A stretch of 62,342 nt of DNA, the filler included, from Stramenopiles sp. TOSAG23-6 (taxonomy: Eukaryota): NCBI GenBank assembly GCA_900128565.1. It is 32 parts of 32 records of this genome, joined end to end, with 100 filler letters (N's around TTAATTAATTAA, not from the genome) between each part and the next. Parts side by side here need not be neighbours in the genome. Positions count along the whole stretch, not along the records: positions 48,859 to 50,705 come from LT638534.1; positions 50,806 to 52,649 come from LT638535.1; positions 52,750 to 54,592 come from LT638536.1; positions 54,693 to 56,532 come from LT638537.1; positions 56,633 to 58,471 come from LT638538.1; positions 58,572 to 60,408 come from LT638539.1; positions 60,509 to 62,342 come from LT638540.1; 25 more parts are not named here. One strand, written 5' to 3'. Of this stretch, positions 49,661 to 60,871 are shown piece after piece. The position numbers and the translations under genes are program-made. The notes under the pieces are model-generated. The model saw only the letters and a program-made list of their open reading frames with translations, searched no databases and was not told the DNA's origin. Within the stretch, counting starts at the first letter, position 1. Every line of letters starts with the position of its first letter.

Positions 49661-50644
49661 ATGACAAAACTTTTATTTTTTTTGTTCATTTTTTTTATTG
49701 CCTCTTTGGTTCGTCCTATATTCTGTACAAATCCTACTACAAATCCTACAAATATAGACAAACAACAAGTATACCGTGTTCGATACCGTTTACATAACAA
49801 GGATAACAATGCCGATGTGGAATCGAATGAAAATGGAGAAAAACAAGAAAAACAAGAAAAACAAGAAAAACAAGAAAAACAAGAAAAACAAAATAAGTTT
49901 ACACTAAAAGAGCATCGTCGTCTCTCTCACAAAGATGCATTTATGTCGTATTTGCTAGACCTCAATTTTGATTTGCTTGGGATTTCTTATACATTACATT
50001 TCAAACGAAACCAAAACACAAATGTATCAAAAGTATTTGCTGAAAATGCAACGCATACACTTATAACAAATAGTGGCTCGATACATGTACGTTTTCATCA
50101 TGAATTTCGAATTTATTTTATTTTTCATACGAAATTTTGTACCTAACAAAAAAATCAAAAATTTCAAAAAAATATTTTTTCAAAATACATTCAAAAACGC
50201 CATACGAATTACAAAACATTCCGCGTTTTGAATGCGAAAATGGATTATTACTATTACTTAATCATTATGTTCATGATGGAATACATGAAAATAATATGGA
50301 ATCCAAATTATCATTTGATATTGAAAATCAAAAAGATCAAAACAAAACTCAAAAAAATCAAAAAACTCAAAAAACTCAAAAAAATTCATACGAAAAACAA
50401 AAGAGTAACCCTAACCCTAGTAATATTGCAATACTTGATGGATTTTTTATCCAAGATGACAAAATGTTTAATTTTCGAACATCTCAAAAAGATAGTGATT
50501 ATTTGATTATTACCCAACATAAAAGTGCAATTCCAACCACTAAACATCAAAATAATCAAAAGAATCAAAATATTGATAATTCTCATCCTACTCGTCGTGG
50601 AAGAGTACTAAAAATCGATGAGTGGAAACCATGTACAGGACAAT
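49661..50644 (+). CDS. Secreted protein N-terminus, reprolysin/ADAM prodomain-like; exons 49661-50086 and 50191-50644
   Basis: Signal peptide, LNFDLLGISYTLHFKRN, and a basic RRGR site. The family call is tentative. Confidence 0.55.
50087..50190 (+). other. Non-canonical GT-AT intron (104 nt)
   Basis: CAT|GTACGT...GTACCTAAC...CAAAATACAT|TCA joins ORFs 49661 and 50137 in frame. Confidence 0.9.
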
Positions 50645-50705
50645 GTTTGTTTTCATCATGATTTTTTTTTTTTTTTTTTTTTGGTTTTTTTTTTTTTTTG
50701 TTTTT
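50645..50705 (+). other. Family intron, 5' part only
   Basis: AAT|GTTTGTTTTCATCATGA followed by T-runs, like the starts at 50087 and 21619. Confidence 0.65.
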
Positions 50706-50805
50706 NNNNNNNNNNNNNNNNNNNNNNNNNNNNNNNNNNNNNNNNNNNNTTAATTAATTAANNNNNNNNNNNNNNNNNNNNNNNNNNNNNNNNNNNNNNN
50801 NNNNN

Positions 50806-51483
50806 TAGAGAAAGTGTTTGACTTTGTAGGGTTAGATTTTTTCCGGGTACTTATTCCTAAAACTTCGCGTAGGTTATCGATTGCAGCATTTGACCGTTCC
50901 AGCTCAGCTTGGAAAGAATTTGCGCTTGCGGAACTTTCTTTATCGAATTTAGAATTTGACAACGTTTTGGAAGTTACCGGAAGATTTTGATTTTGAGAGC
51001 TTATATTTGGAGTTGTAGAAGCAGGAGTTGTAGAAGCAGTAGCAGTATCAACAATCCAAGAACGGAATTCAGCTGTTGAGTGTTTTGGTATTGGTGTTCG
51101 AACAGCGATTTTTAGTGGCGTTGGCCCCTCGTCAATAACGTGACTAATATATGGCGAATCCATAGCGTTACAAGAATCTTTAATATCTTTTAATATTGAG
51201 TCTAGATTTCCGGACTTTGTAGTTGTATTTCGCGGAGTGAATAGAGTGTTACCCACCTCTTTGAGCGGATCAGTGTTTTTTGTCGGAGATATTAATGTAT
51301 TCAATTTAATAGTGTCACTCTTTTTTATCGAAGAAGTAGATATTATATTTTCAAGTATATTTGGTGAAGGCGCATCAGGAACGGACGCTTTTAAGCGACC
51401 CAAAGATTCAAGGAGTGCGTCTATTGACGAATTTTTTTTTAACTGGTTCTGAAGATTTTCGCTGTTTTCATCTAATTTTATCA
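50806..51483 (-). CDS. Hypothetical Ser/Thr-rich protein, partial
   Basis: ORF of more than 220 aa; no family recognised. Confidence 0.5.
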
Positions 51484-52749
51484 TGATTACTAACACCTAG
51501 AATGCACCCAATTCTGAGATAACTCAGCCAATATAAGAAGCGATCTCTATCAAAAGCGAAGAAGCTTCATTGTGGAAAAATAATGAGTTCTTAAATGAAT
51601 TTGTTTCCTTAAGACTTAGAATGAATTTGTTCTTGTATTTTTTCGAAGTGAGGAGGTGGAGGAGTAACATTTGATTTTTGAATGCGGAATTATTTTTTTT
51701 TTCCAATCATATTACCGGGTAACCTATATGCGGCGTGAACCAGCGTGAACACACCTTGCCGCTTGGCTTGCGTTTGCTTGCGGCCGCGGCTTATTTTAAA
51801 AATATCACTTTTGTTTTTCTTGTATTTTTTTTCTAAAATATATTTTTTTCACAATACGTAGGAAAACAAATCTCTTACACGATGCACTAGTTACTGAATC
51901 TACTAAAGACACACCTTAAAGTTTTAGTAAAAAATAAAAAATCAGTAAATTTTGATGTCTTTTTTTAAGTTTATTTTTCAAGTATTCTACCAAGCCTTGT
52001 AAAATGCTACAAATTATATTTTCATTCGTTACTTTAACTATAATACATTTATATACTTTACTTGGAATTCATGATGTGTAAGAAACATGTCTTTAACTTC
52101 AGGTTTATTGAAAACTTCAGGTTTAATCAAGACCGCCAACATAAGGTCTCCCTAAGGAGGTCTCAGGTCTGCATGAGGTCACATGAGGTTAGGTGTACTG
52201 AAGGCTTCATTAATAGGTTCAACAAAGAATTCAGTATATGCCCTATTTTCCATCATAAGAAAATAGCGAAGGAGTTTTTCGCAATTCAACATAACTGGGG
52301 CATTACTCCCTTCAACAGCAACGTATATTTGAAAATTCTCTAAAAAAGCATCCAATCTAGTTGATACAGGGTCCAATCCTAGGACGTCACTGACGATATT
52401 TTTACATAAACTATAGAAATTTATCAGCGAACAGTTAAGATTTAAAGTATAGAGCTTAGTCCATAAGAAAAATCTAATACATACGACTTTTGATTCTTGA
52501 TTTGAAAGTCTTTGCTCTGCTAACGTTGGCAAGTTACTTAATTTATCTGATAGACGTTTGAAGTTTTCAATTTTACACTCCTTACAAACGAATGATCTAC
52601 CTTGTCTATATGTATTGCATGCTTCGTCACATGCTTCGTCACGGATACANNNNNNNNNNNNNNNNNNNNNNNNNNNNNNNNNNNNNNNNNNNNTTAATTA
52701 ATTAANNNNNNNNNNNNNNNNNNNNNNNNNNNNNNNNNNNNNNNNNNNN

Positions 52750-52815
52750 TTAGGTACAAAATTTCGTACGAAAAAAAAAATTCGATTTTTTTGTAAAAAA
52801 AAAAATAAAACATAC
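52750..52815 (-). other. Non-canonical intron, 3'-truncated
   Basis: GAT|GTATGT...TTCGTACGAAATTTTGTACCTAA after the GSED motif. Confidence 0.82.
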
Positions 52816-53466
52816 ATCTTCTGATCCAGTAACCACACTTTTACCATTTTGTAAAGATATTACACAATGTAAAAATTCTTCATGACCTGAAAATGTCGAA
52901 GTAATTTCACTGTGTTCCAAGTTCCAACAATACGCGTTATTATCACCAGCAGCAGAATAAAGATGATCGCCATTCACAAATATTCCATTTGTTTCACTTA
53001 GAGGAGAAAGAGAGTTCCGATGACCCACTCGTTGTGGATTTTGAAATGAGCGAACTTTTGCTTTATCAGCCGTGTTTATAAGAGAATCGGAGTCCTGAGA
53101 TAGATTTTTTGCACATTTTTGAAACCCACGTAATTTTAATAAAGTTTCCCAACGCCAACAGTGTATGTAATCATCTCCGGCGCTAATGAGTAGATTTCCA
53201 TTGGTCGAAAATTTGAGATCATAGATAGAGCCATCTTCGTGGGCTTGTAAGGCACATAAAGGTTCACGATAACTTTCTGAAGACTCACACCATAAATGGT
53301 CCAGAGTCCAAATATTCAATCGACCCGTACTAGATCCGCATATCAAATAACGACCACATGGTGAAAACAGAGTCGATAGGATTGTTGACTCACGCTGTGC
53401 ACACTGTAAAAGAAGCTCTTCTCTATGCTTCTTTTCTGAGTAAAATGAAGGTGGCAAGTCAGCCAT
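52816..53466 (-). CDS. THOC6: WD40 protein, THO complex subunit 6-like, first exon
   Basis: FSPCGRYLICGSSTG, AHEDGSIY, SETNGI, LYSAAGDN..WNLE..FSGHEEFLHCV..TGSED. Confidence 0.7.
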
Positions 53467-53805
53467 TGTATTACGACGCCGAGGGGGTACTGAAAAAATA
53501 TAGTTATTGTAAAAGAAATACACTCTTTTTGTTGAGTGAGTTGAGTTGAGTTGAGTTGTGAGTCAACTTTTTCAGTGATAACGATTTTTGAGATGGCAAT
53601 CAACGAATCTAAATCAACGTACCGAAGATAAAGCACGAAATCTGTGTCTTGAATATAGTCCCGGGTACCGAAATAACGGTTTCATTAAAAATTACCAAAG
53701 TAGTATCTTCTTTTTCTACTTCAGGAATCAATTATTAATTTATCATATAACCGCGCCACCGCCCAGGACATACGTACATAGTGTGTAAATCTCATTTTTA
53801 TTTAA

Positions 53806-54539
53806 ATGGCGGCTGTTGATGGAAAGCAAGATGAAATAAATCAAGCTTTTAATCTGTATTGTATTTATAACCCCCGAACGGATCATTTTGATAAAGCAAA
53901 TGAAGGAAAAGTTCTCAAGTCTTTACTTGGTCACATCGTTCGAGCCGTTGGTTGTACACCAACGTCTGAAGAACTCGAGGAAGTCCAAAATTCAATAAAA
54001 GGTGACTATATTACAATAAAGCATGCGAAAGATGCTGTGAATAAGTTTAGCTCAATGAAACAGTATACTGTAGATGACATGTTAGACGCGTATGATGTCC
54101 TTGCTGAGGAAGGGCATAAAAGCAACCATATTGACAGCGTTATTTTGGCAAAGAAAATGAAACGCCGTTTAGTCACGGATTATCTCGTTAGTCAGATGAT
54201 AATAGATGCACATCCAGATGAAGAAGGGATGATTAATTACAAAGAATTTGTCGATCGCCAATTTGCAGTAAAAAATTTAAGTATCAAAAAAAAATCTTTT
54301 CCAAAAACTCCAAGTGTTGAAGAAGTCAAAGCTCGTTTGAAGAGTTTGTATGGTGAGGAGACTGGCCCAAAGTACACTTCTAAATACAAAAATAACGCAC
54401 AGTTATATCGTGAGTTGGGTGGGAAAGCTGCAGCAACTAGACAATACATAGAGTATGGCAGACAACAATTAAAAGTTATCAATGAAACTGTTAAAAATGA
54501 ACTTGACACTAGTTTGGTTTCAAAGAAAATTGCGGCATT
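53806..54539 (+). CDS. Protein with an N-terminal calmodulin/myosin-light-chain-like EF-hand region; first exon
   Basis: LGHIVRAVGCTPTSEEL and DEEGMINYKEFV. Confidence 0.7.
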
Positions 54540-54550
54540 GTATGTTTTTG

Positions 54551-54581
<31 letters not shown>

Positions 54582-54592
54582 TTTTTTTTTTT
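54540..54592 (+). other. Family intron, 5' part only
   Basis: TT|GTATGTTTT followed by a T-run to the contig end. Confidence 0.6.
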
Positions 54593-54692
54593 NNNNNNNN
54601 NNNNNNNNNNNNNNNNNNNNNNNNNNNNNNNNNNNNTTAATTAATTAANNNNNNNNNNNNNNNNNNNNNNNNNNNNNNNNNNNNNNNNNNNN

Positions 54693-55085
54693 GGATATTA
54701 TTCTCAAGCTGTTAGGGCATATACCAAAGAACTTGCTGCAATCAAAATATCATCGACTGGTGAAAAATTGCTCTTTGAGGCAATAATATTATGCAATCGG
54801 GCACTGGCTAATTTCGAGCTTGGTTTATATAGAAAGGCTAAAAAGGACTGCGATACAGCCATTGAAATATACCCTGAATACGTTCGTGGGTATATCACAA
54901 AGGGCAAAATACTTGTTGCGCTTAACAAATCGAAGAAAGCTCGAAGAAAAGGTTAAACTACAAAAGAATAAATGCAAAACAGAAAATCAAAATGTAAATC
55001 TCGATTTATCTCTAGGAATTATGCATGTAAATACTGGAAATTTTACGACTGCTTTGGACGTGTTCAATCGCATAATTAAACTAGC
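54693..55085 (+). CDS. TPR-repeat protein fragment (frameshifted)
   Basis: YSQAVRAYTK..ILCNRALANFELGLYRKAKKDCDTAIEIYPEYVRGYITKG. Confidence 0.7.
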
Positions 55086-55152
55086 GTCCTCTCAACAAAA
55101 AAATAAACAAACGTCCTCTCAACAAAAAAATAAACAAACGTCCTCTCAACAA

Positions 55153-56532
55153 AAGTTATTATTACTTATAACCGAAGTTTATCAACTGTAAATACTGCTG
55201 ATGCGTCTGATTTTGTTGTGGACGTGGAAGGTACTTCAGCAACAATCTCAACCCTATCATATCTCGGACCTACCGTTGAATTAACACTTTCAAGCGCTAT
55301 AGTTGCAGGACAAACTGTAACTGTTCAGTATACTATGCCTGCAGATTCAAATCGCACGCAGGATACAAGTGGAAGCCCTGCGGCCACACTAAATACGACA
55401 AATGTACAGAATAACATAGCTCAGCCGACACTTGTTAGTGCAGAAATTCCTTATGATTCAACTACATCTTTAATTCTTACATTTAATTCGAAATTACATG
55501 AAACTAATCCTTCGGATGGATTAGACTGGACTGTGACTGTCGATTCGTCAACTGCAACTATAACATCTGTCACAACTAGTGGAACATCTATTACTATAGT
55601 TCTTGATTNNNNNNNNNNNNNNNNNNNNNNNATATCATATACAGACAATTCAGATGCAAATTTTGTTCGTGATACAGGAACAAATCCTTTAAGTAACTTT
55701 TCAAATGTGTCTGTGACAAATAATGCTCCCATTCCAGTCCTTATTTATGCGACATCACCATCCGGGGGAAGCAAAACTCTTGTATTGATATTTGATCATG
55801 AACTACACGAAACAAATATTCCAGAAGAGGAAGATTTCACAATAACAATTGGTTCTGGTGCGGCTGTTAATCCTGAATCATTAAGTGTTTCAGAGACAAC
55901 TGTAGTTTTAACAATGACAGATGTAGTCCTCGAAGGCCAATCAATTGCTTTTACATATACTAAATCCAATTCTAGTACGGATATATTACAGGATACTAGT
56001 GGTAATGCAGTAGCTGATATTGATTCTAGTACACATGCCGTATCATATGTAAATAATGTCGTGAATTTGACCTTACGTANNNNNNNNNNNNNNNNNNNNN
56101 NNNNNNNNNNNNNNNNNNNNNNNNNNNNNNNNNNNNNNNNNNNNNNNNNNNNNNNNNNNNNNNNNNNNNNNNNNNNNNNNTGGTGTTGCAAATTCTGTAA
56201 TTGCTACAGACATCAATGAAGTACAACTTACATTGTATCTGACAAATCCTATACATGCAAACCAAGTTGTTACCTTATCGTGGAGTACAACAAGTTACAG
56301 TTCTAGAATTGTAGATGAACAGAGTAATCCACTTAATTCTTTAAGTTCTCAATCTGTGGAAAATCTTATAAATGATATTTTTATATCCGCGATTGTGCCA
56401 CGAAATGATGCACACAAAATAGTACTAAACTATAGTCGAATGTTAGACACAATTAATTATCTAGGGTCGGGAATTTGTGTGACGGGGCAGATTGGAACGA
56501 CTGCGATTGCGACATCCTCTGACAATTCAGAA
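55153..56532 (+). CDS. Tandem SwmB-like (bacterial surface-protein) repeats, partial
   Basis: Recurring ~100-aa unit: L.L.F...L.....DF.V.V......V.LTL...V..GQ.VTV.YT.......QDTSGN. Confidence 0.65.
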
Positions 56533-56632
56533 NNNNNNNNNNNNNNNNNNNNNNNNNNNNNNNNNNNNNNNNNNNNTTAATTAATTAANNNNNNNNNNNN
56601 NNNNNNNNNNNNNNNNNNNNNNNNNNNNNNNN

Positions 56633-56663
56633 AAATTAAATTAGAAATTCATATAAAACATAC
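56633..56663 (-). other. Family intron, 5' part only
   Basis: GT|GTATGTTTTATATGAATTTC at the contig end. Confidence 0.6.
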
Positions 56664-58161
56664 ACGCAATGACTTGTAGCAGATTTGTATCAATTTTGTC
56701 ATTTGCAGCAATGTATTCTAATGATGAATCAATAAATGTATTATTCAATTGTTTTGTTGATTTTGATGAAATCTTTTTGGTAAATATTTGGACACCATAA
56801 AAGTTTGTAAATACAGAAAATGTCATTATTGAAGAGAATGGATTTTTTTCAATATTGCTTAACTTATATGTTTTTAATATTTTCAACAAAGATATCTCAA
56901 CAGAATCCAAATAGTCCGCAGATGCTTCCAAAAGTTGTATAATAAGTTTGTATAGTAAAAAGATTCCAAAATTTTAAATTCGTCAGGTACAAAATTTTCA
57001 AAGTAAAAAAAATTTTAAAAAAATTTCGTACCAAAAAAAAAAAAATCATAATAAAAACATACAAACGTAAGAGATACAAAGAAGCTATTTGTGCACGCGG
57101 ATGAGTCCAAAGACAAACAATTCTATAGAGTAAAGAAATTTCAGCTTTCGGAATGTTACAGGATTTACTAGAGAGAGTATGCTGTGTTGTCGTCATAGAA
57201 GTGAAATTATCAAGACAATTTGATTTTTCTAGAACACTCGACAGATGAGTAATCATTGTACATGTATTTTGGAAAAATATTTGATTTTGGTTTTGTTAGG
57301 TACAAAATTTCGTACGAAAAAATAATTCGAATTTGAAAAAAAATAAAACATACATTGTTCCTTTGTTAAATGGAAAGGAATGCCTGAGATTTGTATTGTT
57401 TTACTAGCAATATTTTCTGAAATGGATATCAACCTTTGTCCCATGGTTACTGCACTTGTTGAATCTGTATAAAATGTTGGTTTTGTTGCCACTTTTTCAA
57501 AGTTTTCAAAACGTTCCGTACTATTTTGTTCTTTTAATACATTTATTTTTTCTTCTTTAGTTTCTTTTTTACTACTACTACTACTACTATGTGATACACT
57601 TTCATTGGTTGACACTGCTGGTGGTGGTGCTGATACAATACCATGAGATTCTAAAGTGTTTTGCATTGAACCAGTGAAACTATCTATGAAAGGAGCAAAT
57701 TGAGCACCCAATGGAGTGGCAGCAAACTGTTCAGGCTGTTTCAATATTCTATCAGGTATACGTCCAGGACCTAATAGAAACGAGACAAGGTCGTTTGAAA
57801 AATGGTTACAATTATGACGAAGTAGCGAATAAGAGCCACATCTCCACTGTGCTTTAGCAGTGTTAAGAAAAGCAATTAATTCAGAGTTAGTTTTTCTTGT
57901 TTGCCCTAAATTAATTATTTCAATCGGACGCATACCAAACATTTGTTCAAACTGGATTGGAGGCAACGAACTTATTCCACTATCATCTGGACGCGTCCCA
58001 CCACCTCCGAAGAAATACTCAATTTTTTGTCCAGAAAGTGAAATACATACTCCAGTATGATAGATAGCATCAAATTGCTGTCCGGTCAAAGCAAGTGACA
58101 TTGTACGAGCCATACCCCTAGAAATATCATAAACGCGCAATAACACACTTGCATCGGACAT
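56664..58161 (-). CDS. PPPDE/DeSI peptidase fused to a PUL-like domain; exons 58161-57354, 57261-57063, 56947-56664
   Basis: VYDISRGMA, IYHTGV, EYFFGG and YSLLRHNCNHFS (His/Cys dyad). Spliced LYLLRLLII is a PUL-like motif. Confidence 0.85.
56948..57062 (-). other. Non-canonical GT-AA intron (115 nt)
   Basis: TT|GTATGT...GTACCTGAC...CTATACAA|ACTT gives LLRLLIIQ. The TG-CA register would create a TAA. Confidence 0.78.
57262..57353 (-). other. Non-canonical GT-AT intron (92 nt)
   Basis: CAAT|GTATGT...GTACCTAAC...AAAATACAT|GTACA joins two ORFs. Confidence 0.9.
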
Positions 58162-58571
58162 TATGAAAACTCAGTAACACTATGAACTGGGATAATTGAG
58201 TTTATTAAGAAATATTATATTTGAGCAACTATAATATCATAACATTGGTGGAAGAGTGAGAAAGCTGTGAGAAAGAGAACAACACACAATGCGCGAATGC
58301 ATCATTTCATAATATCTAACCCTAACCCTAACCACTTCTGACCCAATATTTTGAAAAATAACGGACATTGTAGTAATAGCTACTTATATCTACTATATAT
58401 ACTTATAACTAGTAGAGGAATATAGGCTATTTATCTAAGTAGTGTATCTTATTCTCAAGCAATCTAATATGNNNNNNNNNNNNNNNNNNNNNNNNNNNNN
58501 NNNNNNNNNNNNNNNTTAATTAATTAANNNNNNNNNNNNNNNNNNNNNNNNNNNNNNNNNNNNNNNNNNNN

Positions 58572-58786
58572 TAGGGGTTTGGGAGTGTACACCCGGAGGT
58601 TTCCCTGTTGATACTCGAACAACTACAGAGACAGTATACATTATATCCGGCAAAGCAATCATAACAAATAACACTGACAAATCAAAGAAAGAGATCAAGG
58701 CTGGAGATGTATTGGTGCTGCCTAAAGGTTGGAGCGGCAGATGGGATATTACAGAAACACTCAAAAAGGTATACATTCTAGCTTAG
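58572..58786 (+). CDS. Cupin (DUF861/EutQ-like) C-terminal part
   Basis: GVWECTPG...ETVYIISG...AGDVLVLPKGWSGRWDITETLKKVY. Confidence 0.85.
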
Positions 58787-59018
58787 AGTAGTGATTATTT
58801 ATTTCATATACTTTAATAAACAACTTTGAATACAACTCATTATTTTTGAAAGAAGTTTATTTATACGTCACAAAATAGAGAAAATAATGACAATTTCACA
58901 ACAAGAAATGTGCCACATTTTTGGAATAGATTTAGTATACAATACTGTACGTAAAGGTTAATACACTAGCAAGAAAACACTCTTTGCTATCCAATGTTTT
59001 ATACAATAACATTTTTAA

Positions 59019-60408
59019 TTAAGCAGTAAAGTCTTCATCCTCAGAGTCATCTTCAGTATCACCTAAACGCCGACGAGTCTTTTTATTCTTCTTCTTCTTT
59101 TTCTTCTTTGCTACTGGCTTATTGGGCAAAACTTTTTTCTCAATAGAGACGGGGGGTGGCATTTTGACACGAGTGCCAATACTCGCATTATTCGTTGAAA
59201 TATCATTACACTTTGCTTCAGTATCATCATTATCAGTAACTACATTGCCGAGTAATTTACACTGAACTTTAAGATCTGACAAATTACTATTATACGCTAG
59301 TTGCACTAGAAATTTTCGATTCGGTAGAGATAACACAGGTGTTACACGAGACTGACGCAATATTGTTTTTTCACTACTCTTGGCAGAAAAATCACGACAT
59401 TTTGCATTTGTGAGAGCGTATAATTCCATAAGATATATTTTCAAAGACTTTACAATTAATAAACTTGAAGCTTTTGTACACAATTTTCTTAACTTTTTCA
59501 TAGTAGCTGAATCCATTACAATTTTAGGACGATTATTTGAATTCAAATCTAAATCATCTATTTCATCAGATTCTTCTCCATCGCCATCAGCACCATCATT
59601 AAAATGTTCATTCGTAGGTAAGATTGATGTTTCATGAGCGGAAAATATACTTACTATTTCTTCATGAAGTATACCAGCTCTCAGAGAAATTATTCGGTCA
59701 ATTTGTTGAATAATGAATAAGGGTTCTTCTTCATGTGTGTAAGGCAAATTTGCAAGTTCAATAGCTATGTATTTTGTGAAAATATTTTTCAATTGTTTTT
59801 TGTTAGGTACACAATTTGGTACGAAAAAATAAATATATTCGAAATTCAATTTTTAAAATGTACATTTGACGTAGATACAAAAGTTTTGCACCAGCAAAGT
59901 TATAAGCCACTCGATCTACATTTCGTTTTTGTTTATCATCGCCATTTTTTTCCTCAAAAGTTCCAGTGTCTTTTACCATTTTCAATGGTGATGTCAATTG
60001 TTTCAGAAACTTTTCACCAGCAAGGCCTTTACGTTGTGGGTCAAAATAAGCCAACATTTGTCTCATAAAAACTTGCATTCGAGTTCGTGGCATTTGAAGA
60101 CATTTTTTATATACTGAGCCTAGGATGGATTTGTGCTCTTCATTTAATTGGCCTAGTTCAGCTTTAATGTTAGTAGAGTACACAAAACCTAGAAGAGCGC
60201 CTTCAGCTACACACAAACCTGCCAAGTCAGGATTATCTATATGCTCAGAGCAAATTAATTTCATCGCATGAGCACACACTTCAGCTTCTGGATCACTTTG
60301 CAAGGCAATAAGCTTTGTAAAAGATCCCATTGGGTTAACAATACCTTGACGTAAAACAACAGCTAGCATTCTTACTGCAGCATTACGAACACCAGTGTTT
60401 GTGTCAAA
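59019..60408 (-). CDS. NIPBL: Nipped-B/Scc2 cohesin loader, C-terminal part; one intron
   Basis: VLRQGIVNP..LIALQSDP and LANLPYTHEEEPLFIIQQIDRIIS motifs. Confidence 0.85.
59767..59863 (-). other. Non-canonical GT-AT intron (97 nt)
   Basis: AT|GTACAT...GTACCTAAC...AAAATACAT|AGCT. Using the AG 2 nt downstream would shift the frame. Confidence 0.9.
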
Positions 60409-60508
60409 NNNNNNNNNNNNNNNNNNNNNNNNNNNNNNNNNNNNNNNNNNNNTTAATTAATTAANNNNNNNNNNNNNNNNNNNNNNNNNNNNNNNNNNNN
60501 NNNNNNNN

Positions 60509-60607
60509 GAGCTCAACAAACTCCTCGGTAATGTTACGATTGCTGCTGGTGGTGTTCTTCCAAACATCCACGCTGTTCTTCTCCCAAAAAAGAAAGGACG
60601 CAAGTAA
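60509..60607 (+). CDS. H2A: Histone H2A C-terminus
   Basis: [28 protein letters not shown]. Confidence 0.95.
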   Translation, partial: ELNKLLGNVTIAAGGVLPNIHAVLLPKKKGRK

Positions 60608-60655
60608 GATGTTTCATCTTATCGTGTAAGGCTTACGGCCATAAAAACTTAACAA

Positions 60656-60670
60656 GGTATTTTCAATACC
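60656..60670 (+). promoter_or_regulatory. Histone 3' stem-loop-like hairpin
   Basis: GGTATT-TTC-AATACC lies 48 nt after the H2A stop and is preceded by an A-rich flank. Confidence 0.55.
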
Positions 60671-60871
60671 ATCCTTAAGAAGAAAACAATTTTCTAAAAG
60701 TATATATATTATTAATATTATATGTTAATTGAAATAAAATTACGCTGTATGAAAACTTTTTGTCTTGATTATGTGTAAAGGTACGGCGAACGTTTACAAT
60801 GTATCACTAGCTAGTACCAGGCTAGACACACGCAAGTATTAAAGCTTGATGAAGATCATTAATGATTTAGT

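Noticed and set aside
52030-52649. Possible gene on the minus strand
   Set aside because: A short partial ORF with no recognisable similarity, so no call can be supported.
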